Source of the DNA: a bacterium
Lineage (GTDB): Bacteria; UBA8248
Direction of reading: 5' to 3'
DNA: 64,000 bases
Assembly: GCA_965207065.1 (NCBI GenBank)
Contig: OZ242260.1
Location: 2,528,001-2,592,000 of the forward strand
This document shows, piece by piece, positions 11,558-21,915 of the stretch. The stretch's first letter is position 1; each line of letters starts with the position of its first letter. Under the pieces are notes generated by a model. It searched no databases, was not told where the DNA came from, and saw nothing but the letters and a program-made list of their open reading frames with translations. The translations under genes were made by a program, and so were the position numbers.

Positions 11558-12388
11558 ATGCCGAATTCCCTGGGAAGAATTGGCCTCGTCGCAGGTTCGG
11601 GTAGTCTGTCATCCGAGTTTGTTTCCAGTGCGAAGAAACGGGGCAAGCACGTGTCCGTGGTGGCTTTGTCCGCTGAGGTCAAGGAAACATTATCAACTGA
11701 GGCGGATTCCGTAGTTCACATCCCTCCCACCCAGCCGAATAAAATCATCCGGTTTTTCAGTGATGAGAATGTTGGAGAGATAGGGCTCGTGGGAAAGGTG
11801 GAGAAAAGTATCTTGTTTCAATCCTGGCGCTTCGATTTGACAGTCCTGCGCTTCATGAAGAATGCCAAGAATACGGCCGATGCAACGGTCATGGATGCCG
11901 TAATTGAGTTTGTGGAAGAAAACGGGATGAAAGTGATGCCCCAGACGGAGTATCTCGATCATCTCATTACCCCGCGCGGGAGCATAACGAAAAAAAACTT
12001 GCGCCAAAATCAACGGAAAGACGCGGAATATGCGTTCCAGATGGCCCGGAGCATTGCAACGCTGGATATCGGCCAGACGCTGGTGGTTCACAAGGGAACG
12101 GTGGTTGCCGTGGAGGGTATCGAAGGTACGAACGAGGCGATTCGCAGGGGATGCGCTCTCGCCGGGAAAGGGGCCGTTGTATGCAAGGTGGCCCGTCCCG
12201 ATCAGGACATGCGCTACGATGTTCCCACCGTGGGGCCCGAAACCTTGCAGGTGATGCGCGAGGGTGGCGCTTCGGCGTTGATCCTGGAGGCGGAGCGGAC
12301 TTTTCTTATCGATCGCGAACGCTTGATACGGGAAGCCGAGGCAACGGGCATCATCGTTGTCGGCTGGTCGGAAAATGAGCTCGGATGA
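11558..12388 (+). CDS. lpxI: UDP-2,3-diacylglucosamine diphosphatase LpxI
   Basis: IGLVAGSG, DIGQ, AVEGIEGT, QDMRYDVPTVG. Confidence 0.93.
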   Translation: MPNSLGRIGLVAGSGSLSSEFVSSAKKRGKHVSVVALSAEVKETLSTEADSVVHIPPTQPNKIIRFFSDENVGEIGLVGKVEKSILFQSWRFDLTVLRFMKNAKNTADATVMDAVIEFVEENGMKVMPQTEYLDHLITPRGSITKKNLRQNQRKDAEYAFQMARSIATLDIGQTLVVHKGTVVAVEGIEGTNEAIRRGCALAGKGAVVCKVARPDQDMRYDVPTVGPETLQVMREGGASALILEAERTFLIDRERLIREAEATGIIVVGWSENELG

Positions 12389-13562
12389 GCGCTCGACTAT
12401 TGACGTCATGGTGCTCGCCGGAGAGCAATCCGGAGATGTTCACGCCGCGAATCTGGTGAAAGCGCTTGCCGCGAGGGTGCCGAACCTCCGTCTATCCGGG
12501 ATGGGTGGGCAATTGATGGCCGAGGCGGGCGTGGAGATTCTCCATGATATCGGCGACATATCCATTGTCGGTTTCGCCGGCATTCCCCGCATTTATCCCA
12601 AATTAAAAAAAATCAAGAAAGATTTGTTGCGTAGGATCGCGGATCACAAGCCGAAGGCGGTGATTTTTGTCGATTATCCGGGTTTCAATCTTTCGTGCGC
12701 GCGCGCGGTGCGCAAGCTGCCAAATCCGCCCAAAAGCATATATTTCATCACCCCCCAGGTATGGGCCTGGTGGAAGGGCCGCGCCCGGACCATTGCGGAT
12801 GTTTTCGATCTGGCCCTGAACATATTTCCGTTCGAGCCCCGAATTTTTAACGAATTGGGCGGAAAAGCCATGTTCATCGGCAACCCTATTGCCTACGAAC
12901 TTCGAGATGCGCCCTCGAAAGAAAGTGCCCGGCTCTCGCTGGGCATATCGATGAGCGACAAGGTGATTTCACTTCTCCCGGGCAGTCGCCTCAAGGAAAT
13001 CGACTCTCACGTGGCCGCCATGGTGGATGCGCTGAAGATTATCCATGCGCAATCGCCGGGGCTGCGCTTTTTGATTTCAGAGGCGATTTCCCTGCCGGAT
13101 GGGTACGTTGCGAACCGTCTGAAGTCGTCCGGTATCGAGATACGAACTGTGAGGGGTGATGCTGCAAAAGTCATTCGCGCGGCCGACGCCGTAGTCGTGG
13201 CGAGCGGTACGGCTTCTCTCGAAACGGCTCTCCTGGGTGTGCCGATGGTGGTTCTGTATGCCGGGGATATCTTTTTCTATTCGCTGGTCAGGTATTTTTT
13301 GTTGCAAGTGGACTATATCAGCCTGGCGAATCTGTTGTCCGGCTATGAGGCGGTTCCCGAGTTGTGCCAGAAACAGGTGCGCGCGCAGCCCATTGCGGAT
13401 GCCTTGAGGGAAGTGCTCATGGATGATGACGTGAGAGCAAGGCAAGTCAGGGCTTTCGAGAGGATTCAAAACACACTGGAAGGGGTGAACCCCTATGAAT
13501 GCGCCGCGGCGCATATCGCGGCGGAACTCGGTTACGAGGCGCAGGACGCTTTGCATGAATGA
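12375..13562 (+). CDS. lpxB: Lipid-A-disaccharide synthase
   Basis: AGEQSGD, VDYPGFN, PQVWAW, LLPGSR, ASGTASLE. Confidence 0.96.
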   Translation: MSSDERSTIDVMVLAGEQSGDVHAANLVKALAARVPNLRLSGMGGQLMAEAGVEILHDIGDISIVGFAGIPRIYPKLKKIKKDLLRRIADHKPKAVIFVDYPGFNLSCARAVRKLPNPPKSIYFITPQVWAWWKGRARTIADVFDLALNIFPFEPRIFNELGGKAMFIGNPIAYELRDAPSKESARLSLGISMSDKVISLLPGSRLKEIDSHVAAMVDALKIIHAQSPGLRFLISEAISLPDGYVANRLKSSGIEIRTVRGDAAKVIRAADAVVVASGTASLETALLGVPMVVLYAGDIFFYSLVRYFLLQVDYISLANLLSGYEAVPELCQKQVRAQPIADALREVLMDDDVRARQVRAFERIQNTLEGVNPYECAAAHIAAELGYEAQDALHE

Positions 13563-14286
13563 AGATTCAATCGCCTATGATGAATGGGGCCGGGACCCCG
13601 ATGCGCCGCTTTCGGCGTGGTTGGGCGGCATGGTCATCGCGGGTTATCTGAAGGCGGTGTATGCCACCTCGTCGATGATCGTTCCGAAAACGGAATCGAA
13701 TGAAAAAATAGAGCGGAGGCGCAACCAGAAATTTATCTGGGCGCTCTGGCATCATCATTTGGGGCTGCCTTGCTTCTTTAATACGTATCATTCTCACCGC
13801 ACGTGCATGGCGAGCAGAAGCCGCGACGGGGAATTGCTCGCCCAGGTGATGTCGCGGCTCGATACCCATTGTGTGAGAGGCTCTTCCGCAGCGCTGGATG
13901 GAAGGGATAAAGGCGGAACCGCTGCGGTTCGGCAGATGATCAGGGTGGCGAAACAAGGGGAACACCAACTCGTCATCACGCCGGATGGCCCGAAGGGCCC
14001 GCCTCAGAAAGTGAAAATGGGTATCATATCTTTGGCGAGCCTCACGGGATATCCGATTTGCCCGGTCGCTTTTGCGGCGTCGCGCTTCTTTACCATCCCC
14101 ACGTGGGACAAGACGATTTTGCCCCTGCCGTTCGGGAGAATCGCTGTTTGTTGTGGAGAGCCTCTGGAAGTGCCGCGAACCCGGGATAAGGGAGTGCTGG
14201 AGGGGAGGCGCGCAGAAATCGAAAGGCGGCTCATTCATGCGAATGAGGAGGCGCAGTACCACCTCAAGAACACGGCGAGGACGTAA
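13555..14286 (+). CDS. DUF374 / lysophospholipid acyltransferase family protein
   Basis: ALWH, SRSRDGE, VRGSS, ITPDGPKGP, WDKTILPLPF; lipid A operon context. Confidence 0.85.
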   Translation: MNEDSIAYDEWGRDPDAPLSAWLGGMVIAGYLKAVYATSSMIVPKTESNEKIERRRNQKFIWALWHHHLGLPCFFNTYHSHRTCMASRSRDGELLAQVMSRLDTHCVRGSSAALDGRDKGGTAAVRQMIRVAKQGEHQLVITPDGPKGPPQKVKMGIISLASLTGYPICPVAFAASRFFTIPTWDKTILPLPFGRIAVCCGEPLEVPRTRDKGVLEGRRAEIERRLIHANEEAQYHLKNTART

Positions 14287-14292
14287 CCGCTC

Positions 14293-15564
14293 ATGCTGTT
14301 TCTCTACAATGTCGTCATTCTTCTCATCTCACCTGTATTGCTCGTGTATTTTCTGGTTCGCCTGTGGGTTCGTGGGTTCGACTTGCGGGCGGTTCGTGAA
14401 AGGTTCGGGTTTCTGCCCGGGTTGCCCGATGCGGAGGGGGGGCGTCTTTGGCTGCACGCCGTCTCCGTGGGGGAAGTGGGCGTGGCCGCCGTCTTGGTGC
14501 CTGCGCTCTTGAAAAAAAAGCCGGGGCTCAGGATTGTCCTTTCCACGGTGACGCCAACAGGCAGAAACGAAGCCGGAAAAATCTCAGGCCTGGAGCAACT
14601 CATCTACTTGCCCCTGGATTTCCCTTTGATTATCCGCTCCGCCTTGAAACGCATCCGGCCGTCGATGATCACGCTTATCGAGACGGAGATATGGCCGAAT
14701 CTCGTGGCGGAGGCGGCAAGACAGGATATTCCCGTATCCATCGTCAACGGGCGGCTTTCCGAGCGGTCGTATCATAAGTACAAGCGCTTTCAGTTTTTTT
14801 TCTCTTCGCTCCTCAAGCGTTTCACGGACGTGCTGGCGCGCGGGGAAAGGGACGCCGAACGGTTTTTGGATTTGGGTGCGACTTCCGTGCGGGTTTCAGG
14901 GAACGTGAAATATGATACCCCTGCGCCGCCGAAGGAATCCCCGCATCTAGCGTATGGTCTTGGCGCGTGCAGGCACGTCATCGTGGCCGGTAGCACGCAC
15001 CCGGGAGAGGAGAAACTGATTGGGGAGGTGTTGGTATCCGTTGATCGCAAAATGCCGGGTGTAGGACTCCTCCTCGCGCCTCGCCATCTGGAAAGGGTGG
15101 CCCAGGTGGAAGCGGACCTGCAAGACGCTGGCATCTCTCCCGTGAGGTGGAGCCAGGTAAAAGATAAGGATGGCGAGCATCAAGCAGTCATCCTGGATGT
15201 GATGGGTGAACTGGCGGATGCGTATGGGTGCGCTGCAATGGCGATCATCGGCGGAAGTTTTATTCCCCATGGCGGTCAGAACCCGATAGAAGCGGCGCGC
15301 TGGGCGGTGCCATGCTTGTGCGGCCCCCACATGGAGAATTTCGCCGAGGTGACATGCGAGATGGTGAAACAAGGCGGTGCGATTCAAGTGAGCGGGCAGG
15401 AGAATCTGGAGACGGCCGTCATGAAGTGGCTGAACGATCCGGAATCGCGGAATCTCGCAGGTGAAGCGGCCCGCCGGGTGGTGCAGAACAACCGGGGCGC
15501 TTCCGAGCGTACCGCGGAATACATCGTTCAAGTCCTGGCGGGATCGGATAAGGGTACCGCATGA
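14293..15564 (+). CDS. waaA: 3-deoxy-D-manno-octulosonic acid (Kdo) transferase
   Basis: WLHAVSVGE, ETEIWPN, AGSTH, GGQNPIEA. Confidence 0.96.
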   Translation: MLFLYNVVILLISPVLLVYFLVRLWVRGFDLRAVRERFGFLPGLPDAEGGRLWLHAVSVGEVGVAAVLVPALLKKKPGLRIVLSTVTPTGRNEAGKISGLEQLIYLPLDFPLIIRSALKRIRPSMITLIETEIWPNLVAEAARQDIPVSIVNGRLSERSYHKYKRFQFFFSSLLKRFTDVLARGERDAERFLDLGATSVRVSGNVKYDTPAPPKESPHLAYGLGACRHVIVAGSTHPGEEKLIGEVLVSVDRKMPGVGLLLAPRHLERVAQVEADLQDAGISPVRWSQVKDKDGEHQAVILDVMGELADAYGCAAMAIIGGSFIPHGGQNPIEAARWAVPCLCGPHMENFAEVTCEMVKQGGAIQVSGQENLETAVMKWLNDPESRNLAGEAARRVVQNNRGASERTAEYIVQVLAGSDKGTA

Positions 15565-16646
15565 GTTTTCGGAGTGGAATCCTGCAGGCCTGGGAGGGCA
15601 ATCCCTCATCCCCGGCCTGGTCTCGTGTATTGATGAGGAGCCTCGGCCCTCTGGGAAGTCTCAATGGCGCCGCCATGGCGCGCCGTCGCCGTCGTTATGA
15701 ATCCGGGAAGGCCGGTGTCTCGAAAATTCCCGTACCTGTCATTTCGATTGGCAACATCACCCTGGGGGGGACGGGGAAAACGCCCACGGTCGCCTGGCTC
15801 GCGGAAAAACTGGCCTTGAAAGGCCGGAAGCCCGCCGTGGTGAGCAGGGGCTATGGCGGAAGACCCAAGGATGTGATGGTTGTGGGCGATGGGAAGGGGC
15901 GTTTGATGGACGCGCCACCGGCCGCTGATGAAGCGGCGATGCTTGCCCGCCGCTATCCCGGCCTCCTCGTTTTAACGGGTGCGGAACGTTCGTTTGTCGC
16001 AAAAAAGGCGGTCGAGGAATTCGAGGCGGACGTTATTGTGCTCGACGATGGGTTTCAACACATGGCGCTTCATCGGGATGTGGACGTGGTGGCTTTGCGA
16101 GGAGATTGTCCTTTTGGAAACGGCAAGGTGGTTCCCGCAGGTGTCCTCCGGGAGCCGGTTTCAGCCTTGAGGCGTGCAGACGCCATTTTAATAACGGGCG
16201 AATGCGCTGACCGTACAAGAGAGAATATACAGTCTCTCAACCCGGATATCCCGATGTTCACAGGCCACCTTGAGCCCGATGCGTTCCTTGATTCTCGAGG
16301 CGAGAATACGGGCGCACCGGATGAATTGAAAGGCGCCAGGGTCGTTGCTGTCAGCGGCCTGGGGAATCCGCATGGATTCGAGAAGATGCTTGAATCGCTG
16401 GATATCGAGATCGTCGTGCATCACGAATATCCGGATCATGCCCATTACGCGTTGGCGGATGGCGTGCGGCTCGTTGCGTCGCTGCAGAAGGCCGGGGCCG
16501 ATTTCATTCTCACGACGGAGAAAGATGCGGCAAAGCTGTCTCCTTTGTTGCGTGAAACGCCGTTTCGTGTTCTTCGGGTGGTGATGAAGATTGATGACGA
16601 GATGAATTTGGCTGGTTTGATCGAGAAAAGAGCATTTTCGTCCTGA
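15561..16646 (+). CDS. lpxK: Tetraacyldisaccharide 4'-kinase
   Basis: IGNITLGGTGKTP, SRGYG, LDDGFQH, PAGVLRE, TTEKD. Confidence 0.96.
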   Translation: MSFRSGILQAWEGNPSSPAWSRVLMRSLGPLGSLNGAAMARRRRRYESGKAGVSKIPVPVISIGNITLGGTGKTPTVAWLAEKLALKGRKPAVVSRGYGGRPKDVMVVGDGKGRLMDAPPAADEAAMLARRYPGLLVLTGAERSFVAKKAVEEFEADVIVLDDGFQHMALHRDVDVVALRGDCPFGNGKVVPAGVLREPVSALRRADAILITGECADRTRENIQSLNPDIPMFTGHLEPDAFLDSRGENTGAPDELKGARVVAVSGLGNPHGFEKMLESLDIEIVVHHEYPDHAHYALADGVRLVASLQKAGADFILTTEKDAAKLSPLLRETPFRVLRVVMKIDDEMNLAGLIEKRAFSS

Positions 16647-16655
16647 ACTGGCGCC

Positions 16656-17744
16656 TTATCCCTTTATGGAGGCGAGAAAGTAAGCCCCTCCCGCGAGGAA
16701 AATCGCATTTGGCCCCCAGGCCGCCAGGATAGGCGGGAGGCGTCCGGCGTGTCCGAACGATAGGCTTGCATGGAAAAGTACGAGGTAGATGGCGCCGATA
16801 GCGATGGCGATGGCGACTCCCAGGGCGGCTCCTCCGCTTCTGCTGCTTCGAATGGAGAAAGCCACACCCACGATGGCCAGCACGAAACTGATGAACGGAG
16901 CAGAAATTTTAGCCCACATATCTACGATGTAACGGGTGGCGTTAACGCCGCTTTTTCGCAAGTTTTCAATGTAGCGACCGAGTTCCTGATAATTCATTGT
17001 CTCCGGGTTTCTGCCTGTTTCCTTGAAATCTTTCGGTTTTTCCGCAAGCGGAAACACTTTCTTCTCAAAGGTTTCTTGTTTGATTTTTCCCCCGCCTGTA
17101 AAGTCGTGGATCACGCCTTTGTGGAATTCCCAATGTTGTTCTGCAGGAAGCCAAACCACCTCGGTCGCGTCAATACGTTGCGTTAAGCGGTTTTGCGGGT
17201 CCAATCGGTACAGGGTAATGCCTCTCATTTTTTCCGAAGATGGATCGTAGTGTGTGATTTGCCAGATCGTGTTGTTTTCCGAGCGATACCAGATTTTGTC
17301 TCTCTGTGTATGCGTGTGTAAGCCGGTTTTCTGGATCTTGACCCGCCGTATGTATTCTCCGCGCTTGTTGGCGAATGGAACGATGTATTCATTCGCCAGG
17401 AAGGTGAGGAAGCTGATTCCCAGGCATGCGATCAGGATTGGCGTAATGATTCGGTAGAGACTTAAGCCCCCTGCGCGCATGGCGAGAACCTCGTTTTCTC
17501 TGGAGAAAAGAATCAGCGTGAATGTGCTCGCCAGCAGCACGGTGAGCGGAACGGAGAGAAAAACGAGATGGGGTATTTTATATAGGAAATACAGGGTTGC
17601 GTCGCTTACGGCTGCATTCTCTTCGATAAAATCATCGATGCGTTCGATAAACTCCGCGGTGAGGAAGAGAGTGATGGCTCCCGACTGGCATAGAACCAAC
17701 ATTCTCAAGAATTGTTTCGTGATGTATCGGCTCAGTATGGTCAT
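16656..17744 (-). CDS. lptG: LPS export ABC transporter permease LptG
   Basis: MTILSRYI; six-TM YjgP/Q pattern; ENEVLAMRAGGLS; LAAWGPN; follows lptF. Confidence 0.88.
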   Translation of the reverse strand: MTILSRYITKQFLRMLVLCQSGAITLFLTAEFIERIDDFIEENAAVSDATLYFLYKIPHLVFLSVPLTVLLASTFTLILFSRENEVLAMRAGGLSLYRIITPILIACLGISFLTFLANEYIVPFANKRGEYIRRVKIQKTGLHTHTQRDKIWYRSENNTIWQITHYDPSSEKMRGITLYRLDPQNRLTQRIDATEVVWLPAEQHWEFHKGVIHDFTGGGKIKQETFEKKVFPLAEKPKDFKETGRNPETMNYQELGRYIENLRKSGVNATRYIVDMWAKISAPFISFVLAIVGVAFSIRSSRSGGAALGVAIAIAIGAIYLVLFHASLSFGHAGRLPPILAAWGPNAIFLAGGAYFLASIKG

Positions 17745-17753
17745 GGCGGGAAT

Positions 17754-18971
17754 TTATGATTTGCTTCGGTGAAAGAGGGAAAACGGCTTGAGAAGCAAAC
17801 CCCGGATGTCGATGGCGTAGAGCAAGCCAGCGGTTCGTACCATGTATCCCGCGAGTAGGGCCAATAATACGTTCGGGCTCCAGACGGCGACGGCAGCGCT
17901 GATTTGCCCGCTTTCCGCCACTCCCTCCGTGAAGGTGACGAGCAGGTAATAAAGGATCAGAACACCCAGGCTCAGGGCAAAACCGCCGTGGCGTCCCGAT
18001 CGTCTGTTCTGTACGCCGAGAGGTGCCCCCAGGAACGCCAGAATGAGGCAGGTGAAAGGCACCGCGAATTTCTTGTGCAACTCCACGAGAATGGCGTTGT
18101 ACCTGCTTGTTCCGGGCTCGTGTTCTGTTAGTTTGTTTCTGAGTTCATGGAACGGAAAAGCTCGCAGGCTTGTGCGAAGCGCCTTTGTTTTTCCGATAGA
18201 TTTCGTAAGATCAAAATTGAGGTCGTGGCGCTCAAAGCGCGCGATTTGATAATTGTTTCTTGCGAGGAGAGAGCCATCCTGCGCGCCAGTTTTCTTACTG
18301 GAGACCTTCTCGGGTTTGCTGACCGTATGGACGGTTCCTCTGACGAGGCGCAACCATACTTTCGGAGATGTGGTGGATTTTATCAGCCGGCCACGATCGG
18401 CAAAGATGACCCGATTCATCCCGGCCTCTCTCGTATCTGAAATCATAATGCCTTTCATCACCTTGCCCGACGGTTCGATTTCTCGCACGTAGAACATGAT
18501 TCCATCGAAACCGTCATGAAAAACCTGCTCTCGAAGGTCGAATGTAGCGACTCGACTATGGAGCATCTGTTGGCGGACTTCCAAAGTGGTGTTTTGACTC
18601 CAGGGAAGCCCGAACATCATGAGAAAACCGCTCAGGAGGGCGGTGGCAATCCCCACAACTCCCACGGGGATGAGTTGTGAGTGGAAGGTCATGCCGGAGG
18701 CGGTCATCGCCAGGGATTCGCTGTCGCTCGAAAGGCGGCTGAACACCATGATGCTCGAAATCAGGGTGGACATGGGCAAGGTAACAAGAAGCAAAACGGG
18801 CAGGGCGGCGATAAGAAATTGCGCCACGATGGAAATTGGCACACCGCGGTTCACCACCAAATCCGTGAATTGAAACATTCTGTGGAGCAGGAGCACGAAT
18901 GTAAGGAAAAACAAGGATATGAGCAGATAGGACACCAATTCACCCAGGATATATCGGTGCAGTGTTTTCAA
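17754..18971 (-). CDS. lptF: LPS export ABC transporter permease LptF
   Basis: MKTLHRYI, RLSSDSESLAMTASG, ELHKKFAVP, AVWSPN. Confidence 0.88.
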   Translation of the reverse strand: MKTLHRYILGELVSYLLISLFFLTFVLLLHRMFQFTDLVVNRGVPISIVAQFLIAALPVLLLVTLPMSTLISSIMVFSRLSSDSESLAMTASGMTFHSQLIPVGVVGIATALLSGFLMMFGLPWSQNTTLEVRQQMLHSRVATFDLREQVFHDGFDGIMFYVREIEPSGKVMKGIMISDTREAGMNRVIFADRGRLIKSTTSPKVWLRLVRGTVHTVSKPEKVSSKKTGAQDGSLLARNNYQIARFERHDLNFDLTKSIGKTKALRTSLRAFPFHELRNKLTEHEPGTSRYNAILVELHKKFAVPFTCLILAFLGAPLGVQNRRSGRHGGFALSLGVLILYYLLVTFTEGVAESGQISAAVAVWSPNVLLALLAGYMVRTAGLLYAIDIRGLLLKPFSLFHRSKS

Positions 18972-19130
18972 GGGGATTCCTCTGGGAGACGGGCACTCGA
19001 TACACTTGCATCACACTATATGAGCGTTTGCCGGAATGCAAAACGTGTTTTTATGCTCATTGACGCCCATTACACCGGTTGATAGCGTTGAAAAAAGGGC
19101 AGTTTTCGTTCTATTTCCCCGTGACTCAAG

Positions 19131-20213
19131 GTGCGGAAACGCATCGGGGAGGAATCGAGTTTGTCCGGCGATGCCCATCGGGAGGAGTTGCACCTCGTAG
19201 TGACGCCTACATGGATAGGTGATGCGGCCATGTCCGCTCCTTTTTTTGCATCCCTGAGGAGAGCGCACCCTGGGGCGAGGGTGGCGGCGGCGGCAGGTCC
19301 CTGGACTTCCGGATTGCTCCGCTGCTTTCCCTGGATCGATCGGGTCTTGTCTCTCGATGCAGGAAAGTGGCGCAGCTTCTTTTCCTTGAGGAGGATGTTA
19401 AGAAACGAGACGGTGGATTATGCGTGGGTTTTGCCCAACAGCTTTCGTGCGGCCCTGATGGCGAAATGGATAGGAGCAAGGCGGCGAATCGGGTATGGGA
19501 GCGATAGCAGGGGCTGGCTTTTGACCAGCCGTGTGGCGCCTCCGAGAGATATTTTTCATTTGGTGGATCGGTATCTTTACCTTCTTGAGGCGCAAGGATA
19601 TGAAACCCGGACTGGGGTTGACGATTTCTACATCAAACCGAAGGCGCAAGAATTCGCGGAAAATCTGCTGAAACCGCATCGTACGGGGAAAGATGCGCCA
19701 TTGGTGGGAATTCATCCCGGGGCTTTTTTCGGTGAATCCAAGATGTGGCCGCTGGAACATTTCAAAACACTTATTCACCGGCTCGTCGATCGCGAGGGGG
19801 CGCAGGTTTTCATATTGGGCGGGCCGGATGAGTTGGCCCTCACGGGGAAATTGGAACAGATGTCCGGGGGACGAGCGGTGAATCTGGCCGGAAAAGATAC
19901 CCTGGATACGCTGCCCGCTTTGCTGTCTCGTCTGGATGTATTCATCTCAGGCGATACGGGTCCGCTCCATGTGGCCGCGCTCGCCGGGACAGCGACGATT
20001 GCGCTGTTCGGACCCACGGACTATCGTCGAACAGGCACGAGAGGGACTTGGAACAGAATCATTCACAGGGGACTCGAATGCAGCCCATGCTTTGCGAGAA
20101 CGTGTCCTCTCGGCCATCACGACTGCATGAAGCGGATTTCGCCCGAACTGGTGGCGAGCGAAGCCGTTAAGCTGCTGAACGAAAAACCGGGGGTCGACAG
20201 GGATGGGAACTGA
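19131..20213 (+). CDS. waaF: LPS heptosyltransferase II (GT9)
   Basis: PTWIGDAAM, LPNSFRAA, HPGAFFGESKMWP, DTGPLHVA, C-x2-C...CPLGHHDCM. Confidence 0.88.
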   Translation: MRKRIGEESSLSGDAHREELHLVVTPTWIGDAAMSAPFFASLRRAHPGARVAAAAGPWTSGLLRCFPWIDRVLSLDAGKWRSFFSLRRMLRNETVDYAWVLPNSFRAALMAKWIGARRRIGYGSDSRGWLLTSRVAPPRDIFHLVDRYLYLLEAQGYETRTGVDDFYIKPKAQEFAENLLKPHRTGKDAPLVGIHPGAFFGESKMWPLEHFKTLIHRLVDREGAQVFILGGPDELALTGKLEQMSGGRAVNLAGKDTLDTLPALLSRLDVFISGDTGPLHVAALAGTATIALFGPTDYRRTGTRGTWNRIIHRGLECSPCFARTCPLGHHDCMKRISPELVASEAVKLLNEKPGVDRDGN

Positions 20214-20805
20214 GACAGGCGCTGCAAAGAAACCGGCGGTATTTTTTGACAGGGACGGCACCCTGAATCGTGACGTGGGCTATGTCACTCACCTCGACTT
20301 GTATGAGCTGCTTCCCAGGGCGGCGGCAGCCGTCCGTAAGGTGAACGAGGCGGGGTGGCTGGCTATCCTGATCACGAATCAGGCCGGCGTGGCGCGAGGC
20401 TACTTCCCCGAAATCATGATCGATAAGGTGCATCGCAAACTTCAGGAAGAGCTGGGCGGCAAGGGCGCGCGGCTCGACGCCATCTATTATTGCCCGCACG
20501 TCCCGAACGGAGACGATCCCGGGTACGCGCTCGACTGCCAGATGCGGAAACCCTTTCCGGGAATGATTTTGAAAGCAGCGGCGGAGCACGGCGTCGACTT
20601 GGAAAAATCCGTCATGCTGGGGGACAAGTATTCCGATTTGGAGGCAGGCTGGCGCGCGGGTTGCAGGTCAGGCCTTGTGCTCTCAGGGTATGGACGGGGA
20701 GAAAGAGAACTTCGCGGTGCGCAGTGGCCCCGCCAGCCCGATTTCGTGGCGCAAGACGCCTTTCATGCGGTGGAAATCATCCTGAACGAAGGCGGGAATC
20801 ACTAG
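20203..20805 (+). CDS. gmhB: D-glycero-D-manno-heptose 1,7-bisphosphate phosphatase
   Basis: HAD motif FFDRDGTLN, TNQAG, YYCPH, RKP, GDK. Confidence 0.9.
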   Translation: MGTETGAAKKPAVFFDRDGTLNRDVGYVTHLDLYELLPRAAAAVRKVNEAGWLAILITNQAGVARGYFPEIMIDKVHRKLQEELGGKGARLDAIYYCPHVPNGDDPGYALDCQMRKPFPGMILKAAAEHGVDLEKSVMLGDKYSDLEAGWRAGCRSGLVLSGYGRGERELRGAQWPRQPDFVAQDAFHAVEIILNEGGNH

Positions 20806-20806
20806 C

Positions 20807-21799
20807 ATGAGTTCACCACTCAAGGAGTATATTCAAAGATTCTCGTCCATGCGCGTGGCGGTGCTGGGGGATTTCATCGCGGATGAATTCATCCATGGCG
20901 CTACCTCTCGCATCAGCCGCGAAGCGCCGGTACTTGTCCTGGATTTCATCCGCCGCGAGGTCGTTCCCGGCGGAGGGGGCAATGCGGCGATGAACGCGGC
21001 GGCCCTGGGCGGAAACGTGCGGGCCATAGGCGCGTTGGGGGCCGATGAAGCGGGCGAGGAACTCCGCCGCGCAATGGAAAAATGCCGAATCGATACCGGA
21101 CTGTTGTTGGCGGATCCCGAACGCATCACCCCCACGAAAACGCGCGTGATGGCGGGGGGCCGAAACACCAAGCGCCAGCAGGTGATCCGCGTGGACCACG
21201 AAAAGAAGCTGGGATTGAGCGAGAGCCTCGAATCCCGGTTAGTTCGTGAAATCGAGCAGTTGGCGAATGACGGCCTGGATGCTCTCTTGATTTCAGACTA
21301 CGGCCTGGGCGTCGTGACGAAAGGCGTCAAGGAGGCGCTCCGCAAATTGCCTGCCGAATTCATCGTCACGGTAGACAGCCGCTATGCGGGAGGTTCGTTT
21401 CTGGGGGTCACGGCCATTACGCCGAATGAGGAGGAAGTGGCGGGTTTGCTGGGGTATTGGCCCGATGAGGAGCGTCTCGATAAGGCAGGAACTTCTCTGC
21501 TTGAAAAAACGGGGTCGCGGGCGATCTTGCTCACCCGGGGAGACAAGGGGATGAGTCTTTTTGAAAAGGATACCCCAAGGACTGATATTCCCATCTATGG
21601 CTCGGATCAGGTGCTCGACGTGACCGGGGCGGGGGATACGGTGATTGCGACGTTCACGCTCTCCCTGGCAGCGGGAGCCTCGATGTGCGAGGCGGCGGAA
21701 CTCGCGAATCGCGCGGCGGGGTTGGTGGTGATGAAGGCGGGAACGACGGTAGTGGAGCCCCATGAACTCCTGGCGACATTCGAGGGGGAGAGCGGGTGA
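20807..21799 (+). CDS. D-glycero-manno-heptose-7-phosphate kinase (stand-alone HldE kinase domain, HldA/RfaE1)
   Basis: RISREAPV, PGGGGNAA, ISDYG, DVTGAGDT; no fused adenylyltransferase domain. Confidence 0.9.
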   Translation: MSSPLKEYIQRFSSMRVAVLGDFIADEFIHGATSRISREAPVLVLDFIRREVVPGGGGNAAMNAAALGGNVRAIGALGADEAGEELRRAMEKCRIDTGLLLADPERITPTKTRVMAGGRNTKRQQVIRVDHEKKLGLSESLESRLVREIEQLANDGLDALLISDYGLGVVTKGVKEALRKLPAEFIVTVDSRYAGGSFLGVTAITPNEEEVAGLLGYWPDEERLDKAGTSLLEKTGSRAILLTRGDKGMSLFEKDTPRTDIPIYGSDQVLDVTGAGDTVIATFTLSLAAGASMCEAAELANRAAGLVVMKAGTTVVEPHELLATFEGESG

Positions 21800-21915
21800 G
21801 CATCCAGGGGAAAGGCTATCGGTATAAATGGATGCGAGTGGATTCCCTGAATCCGGTTCTGGAGAAGTGGCGAGTAGACGGCAAGAACATCGGGAGAACA
21901 GGCCCGGATGGGTGA
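21796..21915 (+). pseudogene. 39-aa remnant resembling the N-terminus of HldC/RfaE2 heptose-1-phosphate adenylyltransferase
   Basis: Manual translation MSIQGKGYRYKWMRVDSLNPVLEKWRVDGKNIGRTGPDG*; GTG overlaps the upstream TGA, and its stop lies just past the waaC ATG; pattern K..LE.WR..GK.I..T resembles the HldC leader before the FTNGCFD motif. Confidence 0.5.
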
